DNA of 64,000 nucleotides from Mobula hypostoma (Eukaryota). The position numbers were made by a program, and so were the translations under genes. The notes beneath the pieces were generated by a model that searched no databases, was not told where the DNA came from, and saw nothing but the letters and a program-made list of their open reading frames with translations. This document shows, piece after piece, positions 52,130 through 64,000 of this stretch (position 1 is its first letter; each line of letters starts with the position of its first letter). The DNA is taken from positions 109,866,001 through 109,930,000 of the forward strand of contig NC_086107.1 in assembly GCF_963921235.1 (NCBI RefSeq). Direction: 5' to 3'.

Positions 52130-52985
52130 ACTTGGACAGGTTGGGTGAGTGGGCAGATGAATGGCAGATGCAGTTTAATGTGGATAAATGTGAGGTTATC
52201 CACTTTGGTGGCAAGAACAGGAAGGCAGATTACTATCTGAATGGTGTCAAGTTAGGAAAAGGGGAAGTACAACGAGATCTAGGTGTCCTTGTTCATCAGT
52301 CACTGAAAGTAAGCATGCAGGTACAGCAGGCTGTGAAGAAAGCTAATGGCATGTTGGCCTTCATAACAAGGGGAATTGAGTATAGGAGCAAAGAGGTCCT
52401 TCTGCAGCTGTACAGGGCCCTGGTGAGACCACATCCGGAGTATTGTGTACAGTTTTGGTCTCCAAATTTGAGGAAGGACATTCTTGCTATTGAGGGAGTG
52501 CAGCATAGGTTCACGAGGTTAATTCCTGGGATGGCGGGACTGTCATATATTGAAAGATTGGAGCGACTGGGGTTGTATACACTGGAATTTAGAAGGATGA
52601 GAGGGGATCTGATTGAAACATATAAGATTATTAAGGGATTGGACACACTAGAGGCAGGAAACATGTTCCCGATGTTGGAGGAGTCCAGAACCAGAGGCCA
52701 CAGTTTAAGAATGAGGAGTAGAGAATTTAGAACAGAGTTGAGGAAAAACTTTTTCACACAGAGGGTTGTGGTTCTGTGGAATGCTCTGCCTCAGAAGGCA
52801 GTGGAGGCCAATTCTCTGGATTCTTTCAAAAAAGAGTTAGATAGAGCTCTTAAAGATAGCGGAGTGAAGGGATACGGGGAGAAGGCAGGAACAGGGTACT
52901 GATTGTGGATGATCAGCCATGATCACAGTGAATGGCGGTGCTGGCTCGAAGGGCCGAATGGCCTACTCCTGCACCTATTGTCTAT
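52130..52985 (+). mobile_element. CR1 LINE 3' fragment (5'-truncated, open ORF2 end)
   Basis: 256-aa ORF WQMQFNVDKC...LVRPHPEYCVQFWSP...RTRGHSL...FFTQRVV plus a typical 3' UTR. Confidence 0.92.
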
Positions 52986-54166
52986 AAGTGGAGGTTAATA
53001 GGTGGTTTATTAGTAAGGGCAAAGGTTACAGGGAGCAGACAGAGAATGGGGTTGAGAGAGACAATAATTTTGCCGTGATGGAATGGAGGAAAAGTCTCAA
53101 TGAGCCAAATAGGCTAATTTTGCTCTTATGTCTTATAAATTTACTTTGAGCTAAAGACAAGAGAGTGATTTTATTTCACTGTTTTACATCCTCAGTCGCT
53201 CTAGGACTTCTCCACTCTTTTCTCCATCTCCCCTAACGCTTTCTTGACTCTCTGGTGAATGATGTTCATCTGAACCCAGTGACCTAAAAGACGACAGATA
53301 ACTTTGCTAATATCAGGGTGCAAACTCGGAATCAAATCATCTTATCCTAACTTAACGACCAGCCCCCCCCCCGGCCCGGTTATGTGAGGGTTCCGTTTCG
53401 GAGGACGTTCCCCCGTAAGCCAATTGCTTTGCAAGTTGGAAACACTGATTTTCTAGACCTACCTATATTGTACTGTCCTGTACACACTTGCTGTAACCGT
53501 TCATTGCGTTGAATAAATAACACTACTCATAATTAAGTGATACGAGAGACCGCAGATGCAGAAATCAGGGACGTCATACAGAGCACTGGAAGAATTCGAC
53601 TGTCTATTTCCTTCCACGGATGCTGCCTGACCTGCTGAGTTTCTCCAGCATTTTCTGTGTTGCTGCCCATAATTCAGCTAATTGAATTTATGCCTTGCTG
53701 AATACCATTAAAAATGTTTATTTTTTATTATTACTAGATTGCAAAAATACAGAATTTGTGTGAAGTCTGGTTCCCATAAATTCAGGCCATTCATCACCCA
53801 GGGAGCTGCTTCCATCAAGGACATATGTACAGAAAAGGGCCAGTAACATCAGGAAGGATCCCACCCACCCTGCTCGTGGACTGTTTGTCCCACTCCCATC
53901 AGGGACAAGGCTATGTAGCATCCATGCCAGGACCAGCACAGCTCAGAGTTGTACATGGTGACATATATATACTTTGATAATAAATTTACTTTGTACTTGG
54001 AAAAACAGCAGGCGGATCAACACCTCCACCCACTAACTCCACCACTACTTCATTATTTTCTGTCAGTCACCTTATATACAGCCTAGAATCACTTTATGAA
54101 CATACGATCTATGTATATAAACTATCTTATGTATTTATACAACCCTGAGATTACAGGCATTCATAA

Positions 54167-54771
54167 CAGACATCCCACCTCTCCTGGAAGTTCCGGGAGT
54201 CTCCTGCATATGAATAGTGGCTCCCTGATGCCCGCAGATTATACACAATATCACGGAAATCAATTTTTTTGAGAGCGAGCGCGAGAGTGAGAGAGAGAGC
54301 AAGAGAGAGCGCGAGAGCGACCACGAGAGAGAGTGCACGCGTGAAAGAGAGCGAGAGCAGGCAAGCGAGCGAGAGCGCTTGAGAGCGTGCGAGCGACTAC
54401 GAGCGACCACGAGAGAGAGAGGGCGCGCGAGCGAGACCGCGCCATGGCAGAGTGTTCCAAAAAAATATAAAACGTACGTCACCCCAGACTACACTAAAGT
54501 GTACCCCTGCCTAACAGGGGTCAAAAATAATGACAGTGTTGCTCACTGCACTGTTTGCAACAGTGACTTTTCTATTGTCCATGGTGGGTTAAGACTGTAA
54601 AAGACATGTTGAGGTGAGTTTATCAGGTGTCATTCGTTCATTAGCATAGCTAACGTTATTTAAACTATCTGGCCAGCTGCTCAGGAACTACTCTATTGCA
54701 GACATCCCACCTCTCCCGGAAAGTGATGGGACTACCTCCCTGAAATGAGTTTTTGCAGGGTGGGATGTCTG
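54167..54771 (+). mobile_element. non-autonomous hAT-like element retaining a BED-type zinc-finger exon, copy 2
   Basis: Same TIRs and interior as copy 1; flanks TCATAA/TCATAG; GA-rich tract. Confidence 0.8.
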
Positions 54772-56420
54772 TCATAGTAAATCCAAGAAACAATAGAATC
54801 GGTGAAAGACGGCACCCAACAGGACGGACAAACAACTGATGTGCAAAGGACAACAAACTGAGCAAATACAAAAGAAATAACAATAAATAGATAAGCAATG
54901 AATATCGAGAACATTAGATAAAGAGTTATTGAAATTGACTCCACAGGTTCGGTGATGGGGTGAGTGAAGTTAATCTCACTGGCTCAGGAGCCTGATGTTT
55001 GAGGGGTAATGACTGTTCCTGAACCTAATGGTGGGTCCTGAGGCTCCTGTATCTTCTTCACGATGACAGAAGTGAAAAGAGAACACGGTCTGGGTGGTGG
55101 GGGTCACTAACGATGGACGCTGCTTCCCCGTGACAACGCTTCCTGTAGATGTGCCCAATGGCGGGAAGGACTTTACCCGTGATGGACTGGGCCGTATCCA
55201 CTACACTTTGTAGGACTTTCCATTCAAAGGCATTGGTGTTTCCATACCAGGCCATGATGCAACCAGTCAATACACTCTCCGCCACACATCCATAGAAATT
55301 TGTCAAAGTTTTAGATGTCATTCTGATTCGCCGCAAACTCCTAAGGAAGTAGACGTGCTGATGTGTTTCCTTCGTAATTGCTCGAACATCCTCTGAAGTG
55401 ATAACACCGAGTTATCTGAAGTGGCTGACCCTCTCCACCTCTGATAGGGACTGGCTCATGGACCTCTGGTTTCCTCTTCCTGAAGTCAGTAATCAGCTCC
55501 TGGTCTTGCTCACATTGAATGAGAGGTTATTGTGGCACCACTCAGCCAGATTTTCAATCTCCCTGACACTTTCTGTAGATACGGCCTGCTGACTCTTCTT
55601 TACTTCCCTTCACGTAGTGTAGAATGCTTACACCTCTAAGGAAGGGCATTCGGCCCATCAGATCTTTGCTGAAACGATCTTTTTCCCCTACAGGTTCTGA
55701 TTTGATTCTCTGGAATCTCCTCTTCTTTTCCCCTCCATGGGATTTAAGTTGGCCTGGAAACGATCCTGGTGAGGTTGTAACAGTCCTGCACCTTGAATGT
55801 TCCTCACCCTGTTCGTCCCCCTCACCCCACCCCTCACGATAGAGGAGACCAGAAGCCTGTCCTTAAGGAGAGAGGAAAAACAGGAGCAGGTCTGTGATTG
55901 GGGGAACTGATTAAATAACAAAACGTTCTAGATATAGGGTCTTGACCCAAAGTGTTGACGCTCCCTCTGTCTCCACGGAAGCTGCTCGACTTTGAGTCCC
56001 TCCTGCAGTTTGTGGAGTCTGCCTTTCACCTCGAGTTTATACTTTCTGCAAGGACACTGGCAGCTTCCAAGTTCTTACAGAGAGAGAAAGGGAGAAGCTA
56101 CTTGATGGACAGCTGGTAGTCGGCACGGTGAATTCCAGCTTTACCATCGGGCAGCACAGCAGCGTAGCAGTTAGCACAATGCCTTACAGTAGCCAGACCG
56201 GGGCTCAATTCCCGCTGGTGTCTGCAGGGACACCCGTGACCACGTACGTTTCGTCTGGGTCCTCCGGTTCTCCCACATTCCAAAGACGTACGGGTTAGTA
56301 AGTTGTGGACATGCTGTGCTGGTGCTGGCAGTGTGGTGACACTCGCAGGCTGCCCCCTACGATAATCCTCGTTGATCTGATTTGACACAAATGACACCTT
56401 TCACTGTATTTTTCGAGTGT

Positions 56421-56713
56421 TGGCGTGTGGCCAAGTGGTTAAGGCGTTCGTCTAGTGTCTTGAAGGTCGCTAGCTTGAGCCTTGGCTGAGGCAGCGTGTT
56501 GTGTCCTTGAGCAAGGCACTTAATCACACATTGCTCTGGAACGACACTGGTGCCAAGCTGTATGGGTCCTAATGCCCTTCCCTTGGACAACATCGGTGGC
56601 GTGGAGAGGGGAGACTTGCAGCATGGGCAACTGCTGGTCTTCCATAAAACCTTGCCTAGGCCTGTGCCCTGGAAACCTTCCAAGGCGCAAATCCATGAGA
56701 CTAACGGATGCCT
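56421..56713 (+). mobile_element. tRNA-derived SINE (same family as 21445)
   Basis: Direct homology to 21445-21740. Confidence 0.85.
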
Positions 56714-59306
56714 ATTATGTGTGACAAATAAAACCAATCTCATCTCATCTACAGCCTTGTATCTCTGCTCCAGCTACGAGTGTCCACTAGAGGGAGCAAA
56801 TACTGCACGGTGTCCAGAACACACATTGGTCGCTCTTTTAACTTACCGTTCGCTTTATTGCTGGAGTTCCTCTAGCACTTTGTGTAGCAGTTTATTTATT
56901 TGTTTGTGTTTGTTGATTTACTTATGCGTCTATTTATGAGAGAGAGAGAAAGAGAAAGAAAAAATAGAAAGAGAAAGAAACAGAGGAAGAACACACAACT
57001 ATAAACGCATAAGGCATCTTATAAGCGTAGATTGATTGTGTGTCCATAAAGTGACACCAGGCTGTAAGGCTGTACGCAGTGACAGTGAGAGTAGGAATGC
57101 GATGAGGTGGAGGATAAATGCGTGGCTGAGGGATTGGAGCAGGGGGCAGGAATTCAGATTTCCGGATCATTGGGACCTCTTTTGGGGCAGGAGAGACCTG
57201 TACAAAAAGGACGGGTTGCACTTGAATCCCAGGGGGATCAATATCCTGGAGGGAGGTTTGTTAAAGCCGTTGGGGAGAGTTTAAACTAGGATTGCTGGGG
57301 GGTGGGAACCGAACTGAAGAGACTGGGGAAGAGGAGGTTGGCTCACAAATAGAGAAAGCTTGGAGACAGTGTGAGAGGGAGGATAGGCAGGTGATAGAGA
57401 AGGAACACGCTCAGACCGATGGTTTGAGATGTGTCTATTTTAATGCAAGGAGTATTATGAACAAAGCGGATGAACTTAGAGTGTGAATCAGTACTTGGAG
57501 CTATGATGTTGTGGCCATTACAGAGACTTGGATGGCTCAGAGGCAGGAATGGTTACTTCAAGCGCCAGGCTTTAGATGTTTCAGAAAGGACAGGGAGGGA
57601 GGCAAAAGAGGTGGGGGCATGGCACTGTTGATCAGAGATAGTGTCACGGCTGCAGAAAAGGGGGATGCCATGGAGGGGTTGTCTCTGTGGGTGGAAGTTA
57701 GGAACAGGAAGGGGTCAATAACTCCACGGAGTGTTTTTTATAGACAACCCAATAGTAACAGGGACATCGAGGAGCAGATAAGGAGACAGATTCTGGAAAG
57801 GTGTAATAATAACAGGGTTGCCGTGGTGGGAGAGTTTAATTTCCCAAATATCGATTGGCATGTCCCTAGAGCAAGGGGTTTAGATGGGGTGGAGTTTGTT
57901 AGGTGTATTCAGGAAGGTTTCTTGACACAATATGTAGATAAGCCTACAAGAGGAGAGGTTGTACTTGATCTGGTATTGGGGAATGAACCTGGTCAGGTGT
58001 CAGGTCTCTCAGTGGGAAAGCATTTTGGAGACAGTGATCACAATTCTATCTCCTTTACCATAGCATTGGAGAGGGATAGGAACAGACAAGTTAGGGAAAT
58101 GTTTAATTGGAGTAAGGGGAAATATGAGGCTATCAGACAGGAACTTGGAAGCATAAATTGGGAACAGATGTTCTCGGGGAAACATACGGAAGAAATGTGG
58201 CAAATGTTCAGGGGATATTTGCGTGGAGTTCTGTATAGGTACGTTCCAATGAGACGGAAAGGATGGTAGGGTACAGGAACTGTGGTGTACAAAGGCTGTT
58301 GTAAATCTAGTCAAGAAAAGAGCTTACAAAAGGTTCAGAAAACTTGGTAATGATAGAGATCTAGAAGATTATAAGGCTAGCAGGAAGGAGCTTAAGAAAG
58401 AAATTAGGAGAGTCAGAAGGGGCCATGACAAGGCCTTGGCGGACAGGATTAAGGAAAACCACAAGACATTCTACAAGTATGTGAAGAGCAAGAGGATAAG
58501 ACATGAGAGAATAGGACCAATCAAGTGTGACAGTGGGAAAGTGTCTATGGAACCGGAGGAGATGGCAGAGGTACTTATTGAATACTTTGCTTCAGTATTC
58601 ACTACAGAAAAGGATCTTGGCGATTGTAGGGATGACTTACAGCGGACTGAAAAGCTTGAGCATGTAGATATCAAGAAAGAGGATGTGCTGGAGCTTTTGA
58701 AAAGCAAGTTGGATAATCACTGAGACTGGACAAGATGTGGGAGGCGAGGGAGGAGATTGCTGAACCTCTGGTGATGATCTTTGCATCATCAGTAGGGACG
58801 GGAGAGGTTCCAGAGGGTTGCGGATATTGATCCCTTATACAAGAAAGGGAGTAGAGATTGCCCAGGAAATTATAGGCCAGTGAGTCTTATTTAAGTGGTT
58901 GGTAACTTGATGGAGAAGATCCTGAGAGGCAGGATTTATGAACATTTGGAGAGGTATAATATGATTAGGAATAGGCAACATAGCTTTGTGAAAAGCAGGT
59001 CGTGCCTTTGAGCCTGATTGAATTTTCTGAGGATGTGACTAAACACATTGATGAAGGTAGAGCAGTAGGTGTAGTGTATATGGATTTCAGCAAGACATTT
59101 GACAAGGTACCCATGCAAGGCTTATTGAGAAAGTGAGGCATGGGATCCAAGGGGACATTGCTTTGTGGATACAGAATTGCCTTGCCCACAGAAGGCAAAG
59201 AGTTGTTGTAGAAGGGTCATATTCTGCATGGAGGTCGGTCACCAGTGGTGTGCCTCAGGAGGCTGGATGAACTCAGCAGGTCAGGCAGCATCAGTCAGAA
59301 ACGATG

Positions 59307-59342
59307 AGTCGACGTTTTGGGCCGGAACCCTTCGTCAGGACT
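59307..59342 (-). ncRNA. hammerhead ribozyme copy with G12A core mutation
   Basis: AGTC-CTGACGA-A-GGGTTCCGGCCC-AAAACGTC-GACT on the minus strand; GAAA has become AAAA. Confidence 0.7.
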
Positions 59343-61588
59343 GAAGAATGAAAGATGGGGAAGGGAAGAATGCCTGTACCGTCAGTTGATAGACCAGTAA
59401 TTTGAAAGACAAAGGGGTGGGGGAGGGGAAGCATTGACGTCATAGCCCTGAAAACAATGGGTGGTAGAAGAAGGAGGCGGAACCATGAGGGAGCTGGGGG
59501 AGGGGGTAGAGTGAAATAGGGATAGAGGAAGGGAGGGGGAGGGAATTACTGGAAGTTGGAGAATTCTATGTCCATACCAAGGGGCTGGAGACTACCTAGA
59601 CGGTATATGAGGTGTTGCTCCTCCAACCTGAGTTTAGCCTCATCATGGCAGTAGAGGAGGCCATGTATGGACATATCTGAATGGGAATGGGAAGCAGAGT
59701 TGAAGTGGGTGGCTACTGGGAGATCCTGTCTGTTGTGGCGGACGGAGTGGAGGTGCTCGATGAAGCGGTCCCCCAGTCTGCGTCGGGTTTCACCGATGTA
59801 GAGGAGGCCGCACCGGGAGCACCGGATGCAATAGATGACCCCAACAGACTCACAAGTGAAGTATTGCCTCACCTGGAAGGACTGTTTGGGGCCCTGAATG
59901 GTGGCAAGAGAGGAGGTGTAGGGACAGGTGTAGCACTTACGCTTACAGGGATAAGTGCCGGGTGGGAGATCCATGGGGATAGACGTGTGGACCAGGGAGT
60001 CGCGGAGGGACCGATCCCTGCGGAAGGCTGAGAGGGGTGGAGAGGGAAAGATGTGCGTAGTGATGGGGTCCTGTTGAAGGTGGTGGAAGTTGCGGAGGAT
60101 AATGTGTTGGATCCGGAGGCTGGTGGGGTGGTAGGTGAGGACAAGGGGAACTCTGTCCCTGTTGTGGTGGCAGGAGGATGAGGTGAGGGCCGAAGTGCGG
60201 AAATGGAGGAGATGCGGGTGAGGGCATCATTGATGACAGCAGAAGGGAAACCACGATCCTTAAAGAAAGAGGACACTTGAGATGTCCTGGAACGGAAAAC
60301 CTCATCCTGGGAGCAGATGCAGCGGAGACGGAGGAACTGGGAATAGGGAATGGCATTTTTGCATGTGGTGGGGTGGGAAAAGGTATAGTCGAGGTAGTTA
60401 TGAGAGCCAGTGGGCTTGTAGAAGATGTCAGTGGACAGTCTGTCTCCAGAGATGGAGACCGAGACATCGAGAAAGGGGAGGGAAGTGTCCGAGGTGTAGC
60501 TATGGGAACTCGCATGGGACCCAGCTACGCCTGCCTCTTCGTTGGTTATGTGGAACAGTCTGTGCTCCAAACCTGTTCTGGTACTGCTCCCCAACTTTTC
60601 CTTCGGTACATTGGCGACTACATTGGTGCTGCTTCCTGCACCCATGCTGAGCTCGTCAATTTCATTGACTTTACCTCAAACTTCCATCCAGCTCTCAAAT
60701 TCACTTACTCTATCTCGGACACTTCTGTCCCTTTTCGGCCCTCACCCCATCCTCCCGCCACCACAACAGGGACAGAGCTCCCCTTGTCCTTACCTACCAC
60801 CCCACCAGCCTCCGGATCCAACACATTATCCTCCACAACTTCCGCCACCTTCAACAGGACCCACCACTAAGCACATCTTTCCCTCTCCACCCCTCTCCGC
60901 CTTCCACAGGGATCGATCCCTCCGCGACTCCCTTATCCACACGTCCCTCCCCACGGATCTCCCACCCGGCACTTATCCCTGTAAGCGTAAGTGCTACACC
61001 TGTCCCTACACCTCCTCTCTTGCCACCATTCAGGACCCCAAACAGTCCTTCCAGGTGAGGCAACACTTCACTTGTGAGTCTGTTGGGGTCATCTATTGCA
61101 TCCGGTGCTCCCGGTGCGGCCTCCTCTACATCGGTGAAACCCGACGCAGATTGGGGGACCGCTTCGTCAAACACCTCCACTCCGTCCGCCACAACAGACA
61201 GGATCTCCCAGTAGCCACCCACTTCAACTCTGCTTCCCATTCCCATTCAGATATGTCCATACATGGCCTCCTCTACTGCCATGATGAGGCTAAACTCAGG
61301 TTGGAGGAGCAACACCTCATATACCGTCTAGGTAGTCTCCAACCCCTTGGTATGAACACAGAATTCTCCAACTTCCGGTAATTCCCTCCCCCTCCCTTCC
61401 TCTATCCCTATTTCACTCTACCCCCTCCCCCAGCTCCCTCATGGTTCCGCCTCCTCCTTCTACCACCCATTGTTTTCAGGGCTATGACGTTAATGCTTCC
61501 TCTCCCCCACCCCTTTGCCTTTCAAATTACTGGTCCTTCAACTGAAGCTACAAGCATTCTTCAAATCCTTCCCCATGTTTCATTCTTC

Positions 61589-61624
61589 AGTCCTGATGAA
61601 GGGTTCCGGCCCGAAACGTCGACT
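61589..61624 (+). ncRNA. minimal type I hammerhead ribozyme (intact core) in PLE 3' region
   Basis: AGTC-CTGATGA-A-GGGT(TCCG)GCCC-GAA-ACGT-C-GACT: stem I AGTC/GACT, CUGANGA and GAAA core, stem II, loopless palindromic stem III (ACGT), GUC cleavage triplet ending at 61620. Confidence 0.85.
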
Positions 61625-63012
61625 CATCGTTTCTGACTGATGCTGCCCGACCTGCTGAGTTCATCCAGCGTACTGAAAGTGTTGTTTTGATCTTTTACAG
61701 CATCTGCAAATTATTTTGTGTGCCTCAGGAATCTGTTCTGGAACCCCCTATTCTTCGTGATTTTTGTAAGTGACCTGGATGAAGAGTGGAGGAATAGGTT
61801 AGTAAATCTGCTGATGACACAAAGGTTGGAGGTGTTGTGGATAGTGTGGAGGGCTGTCAGAGGTTACAGCGGGACATTGATAGGATGCAAAACTGGGCTG
61901 AGAAGTGGCAGATGGAGTTCAACCCAGATAAGTGTGAAGTGGTTCATTTTGGTAGGTCAAATATGATGGGTGAATATAGTATTAATGGTAAGACTCTTGG
62001 CAGTGCGGAGGATCAGAGGGATCTTGGGGTCCGAGTCTATAGGACACTCAAAGCTGCTATGCACGTTGACTCTGTGGTTAAGAAGGAATATGGTGTATTG
62101 GCCTTCATCAATTGTGGGATTGAGTTTAGGAGCCGAGAGGTAATGTTGCGGCTATATAGGACCCTGGTCAGACCTCACTTGGAGTACTGTGCTCAATTCT
62201 GGTTGCCTCACTATAGGAAGGATGTGGAAACCATAGAAAGGGTGCAGAGGAGATTTACAAGGATGTTGCCCGGATTGGGGAGCATGCCTTATGAGAATAG
62301 GTTGAGTGAACTCGGCCTTTTCTCCTTGGAGCGACGGAGGATGAGAGGTAACATGATAGAGGTGTATAAGATGATGAGAGGCATTGATCGTGTGGATAGT
62401 CAGAGGCTTTTACCCAGGGCTGAAATGGCTAGCACGAGAGGGCACAGATTTAAGGTGCTTGGAAGCAGGTAGACAGGAGATGCCAGGGTAATTTTTTTGT
62501 TAAGCACAGAGAGTGGTGAGTGCGTGGAATGGGCTGCCAGTGATGGTGTGGAGGTGGATACGATAGGGTCTTTTTGATAGATAGATATACTTTATTAATC
62601 CCGAGGGAAATTTGGTAATTTTAAGAGACTCCTGGACAGGTACATGGAGCTTAGCAAAATAGAGGGCTATGGGTAACCCTAGGTAAATTTCTAAGGTAAG
62701 GACATGTTGGGCACAGCTTTGTGGGCCGAAGGGACTGTATTGTGCTGTAGGTCTTCTATGTCTCTATAAGGCGACTGACAGGAAATAATAAAGTAATGGT
62801 GGGGTTAGTGGGTGGAGGTGAGGATCGGGGGCTGAAGAAAACTGGTGCCTTTAATTGGCTTCAGGAGGGGATGAGGAATTCTCATCGACAAGGAGAAAAG
62901 AAGATCGTTTCACCCTCCCCCTCACATCAGCTTTTCTCTGTCCGTTCCTCAGAGAGGTAACGAGCCAGGAGAGACACACACGGACAGGGAGGAATACGAG
63001 GTCACACCATAC

Positions 63013-63123
63013 CCAGATCATCGGTGGTCCTGCCGTGCCAGTGTTCCAGATCCCGTCTGAAGCGGTCGACCACTTCCTGCGTGTAGGTGGACTGCGCCTC
63101 GCTTTTCCATCTGCTCGAGAGAC
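63013..63123 (-). CDS. TEX33: TEX33/CIMIP4-like internal (penultimate) exon
   Basis: cgttAG acceptor, GTATGG donor, 111 nt, phase 1-1. (G)LSSRWKSEAQSTYTQEVVDRFRRDLEHWHGRTTDDL(G) matches the recalled TEX33 motif SYTxxV...RDxxxWHGRxTDxLG. TEX33 lies close to KCTD17 in human. Confidence 0.75.
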
Positions 63124-63479
63124 CTAACGTCAGGACAACAGAGCACCCACCTGTCAGATTCCGCTCTGTCCCGAACTCTGTCCAGTACTTCAGGGGAGCC
63201 TGAGGGGAAACCCCCTCACTCGGGGGGTGGTGACGGTGCGGAACGGGCTGCCGGCGCAGATGGTAGGTGCGAGTCCGATTACAGGATTTAAGAGAAGTTT
63301 GGATAGGTACGTGGATGGAGGGGATTTGGAGAGCTGTGTTCCCGATGCAGGTCGATGGAGGTGGGCAGAATAATAGTAGACACAGACTAGAGGGGCCGAT
63401 GGGCCTCTTTCTGCGCTTTAGTATTCTCAAGGAATCTGTGACTCTATTACAAAGTCTCCAAAATTAACATGATTTGAAA

Positions 63480-63875
63480 AGCTGGCTCTGTTATTGGAGT
63501 CAAACTGGACACACTAGAGGCTGTGGTAGAACAAAGGACCCTACGGAAAATCCTGGCAATCCTGGACAATGTTTCCCACCCTCTGCATGCCACCTTGGCT
63601 GAATAGGGGAGCAATTTTAGTCATAGACTAAGACAACTGCACTGCTCCAAAGAGCACTATATGAGGTCATTCTTACCCTCAGCCATTAGGCTCTATAATG
63701 AGTCAATTAATAGCCGGGGAAGTGATGACCCCCTCCTGTTAGAGTGTTTATGGTAAATTATTTTTTATTCTTTGTACTTCTCTTCTAATATTTATATCTG
63801 TGCACTTGTAATGCTAATGTGACACAGTAATTTCCTTCGGGATCAATAAAGTATCTATCTACCTACCTACCTATG
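63480..63875 (+). mobile_element. Rex1/Babar-type LINE 3' fragment
   Basis: AILDNVSHPLH...RSFLPSAIRLYN remnant; AATAAA plus (ATCT/ACCT)n tail. Confidence 0.75.
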
Positions 63876-64000
63876 TCCGGCCTGGACTGGCCTGTCTAAT
63901 GCTGATGTTAGGTTTTGTGAAACGACAACTCTTCTTGTTTCCACACTGACCTGCTGAGTGTTCCCCCTTCTCTGTCTAAATTTCACCTTTTCACCGCCAG

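Larger units (their letters stand above)
59261..61717. mobile_element. Penelope-like retroelement (Neptune-like), inverted two-arm insertion
   Basis: GIY-YIG endonuclease (VIYCIRCSRCGLLYIGETRRRLGDRF) with a Cys-rich linker (PCKRKCYTC) on both arms; RT fragments (GVAMGTRMGPSYA, RYIGDY, LPFLDV, YKPT); 13-bp TSD GTGTGCCTCAGGA at 59248-59260 and 61718-61730. Confidence 0.92.
57050..62768 (+). mobile_element. CR1-type LINE, long decayed copy interrupted by the PLE
   Basis: ORF1 esterase-like C-terminus (LYKKDGLHLNPRG), APE motifs (FNARS, ITETW, GEFNFP, LDLVL, DSDHN), RT and C-terminus (WAEKWQMEFNPDKC, LVRPHLEYC, ERVQRRFTRM); multiple stops and frameshifts; short 3' repeat tail. Confidence 0.9.

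Noticed and set aside
52132..52902. 256-aa ORF as a host gene or domesticated RT
   Set aside because: It is an ordinary 5'-truncated CR1 ORF2 end with a standard 3' UTR and no ATG start.
55826..55861. Possible extra TEX33-like micro-exon after a strong pyrimidine tract
   Set aside because: The donor is ambiguous, there is no recognisable homology, and no phase choice rescues the long downstream frame.
59869..60870. Long overlapping ORFs (258 aa and 197 aa) as novel proteins
   Set aside because: They are chimeric read-throughs across the PLE inversion junction, and the RT catalytic motif is mutated.
270..61680. Recurring GATGCTGCCTGACCTGCTGAGTT repeats as a CRISPR-like array
   Set aside because: They are dispersed, in both orientations, irregularly spaced and have no cas genes. 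They are PLE terminal sequences.

Overview
This is eukaryotic, repeat-rich vertebrate DNA, and the repeat spectrum suggests a cartilaginous fish, probably a ray (inference). Two host genes lie on the minus strand. (1) A KCTD17-like BTB/T1 gene has five canonical coding exons (35187-35336, 22787-22895, 9438-9529, 5266-5361, 3042-3167), a CpG-island promoter and two speculative terminal exons near 1.0-1.5 kb. (2) The 3' end of a TEX33 (CIMIP4)-like gene has an exon at 63013-63123 and a probable last exon starting at 45989 that appears frameshifted. The rest is mostly decayed transposable elements: CR1, L1, Rex/Babar, RTE, tRNA-derived SINEs, hAT/Harbinger/pogo MITEs, a solo LTR and Penelope-like elements (PLEs). 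The main highlights are a 2.45-kb inverted PLE with a 13-bp target-site duplication (TSD) and an intact minimal type I hammerhead ribozyme (61589-61624), at least ten decayed hammerhead copies elsewhere, and mosaic MITEs that share a ZNF143/NRF1-like promoter cassette across superfamilies. I found no prokaryote-type system such as CRISPR or an operon. Most ORFs in the supplied track are spurious or TE-derived. All family names come from motif recognition, not database searches.
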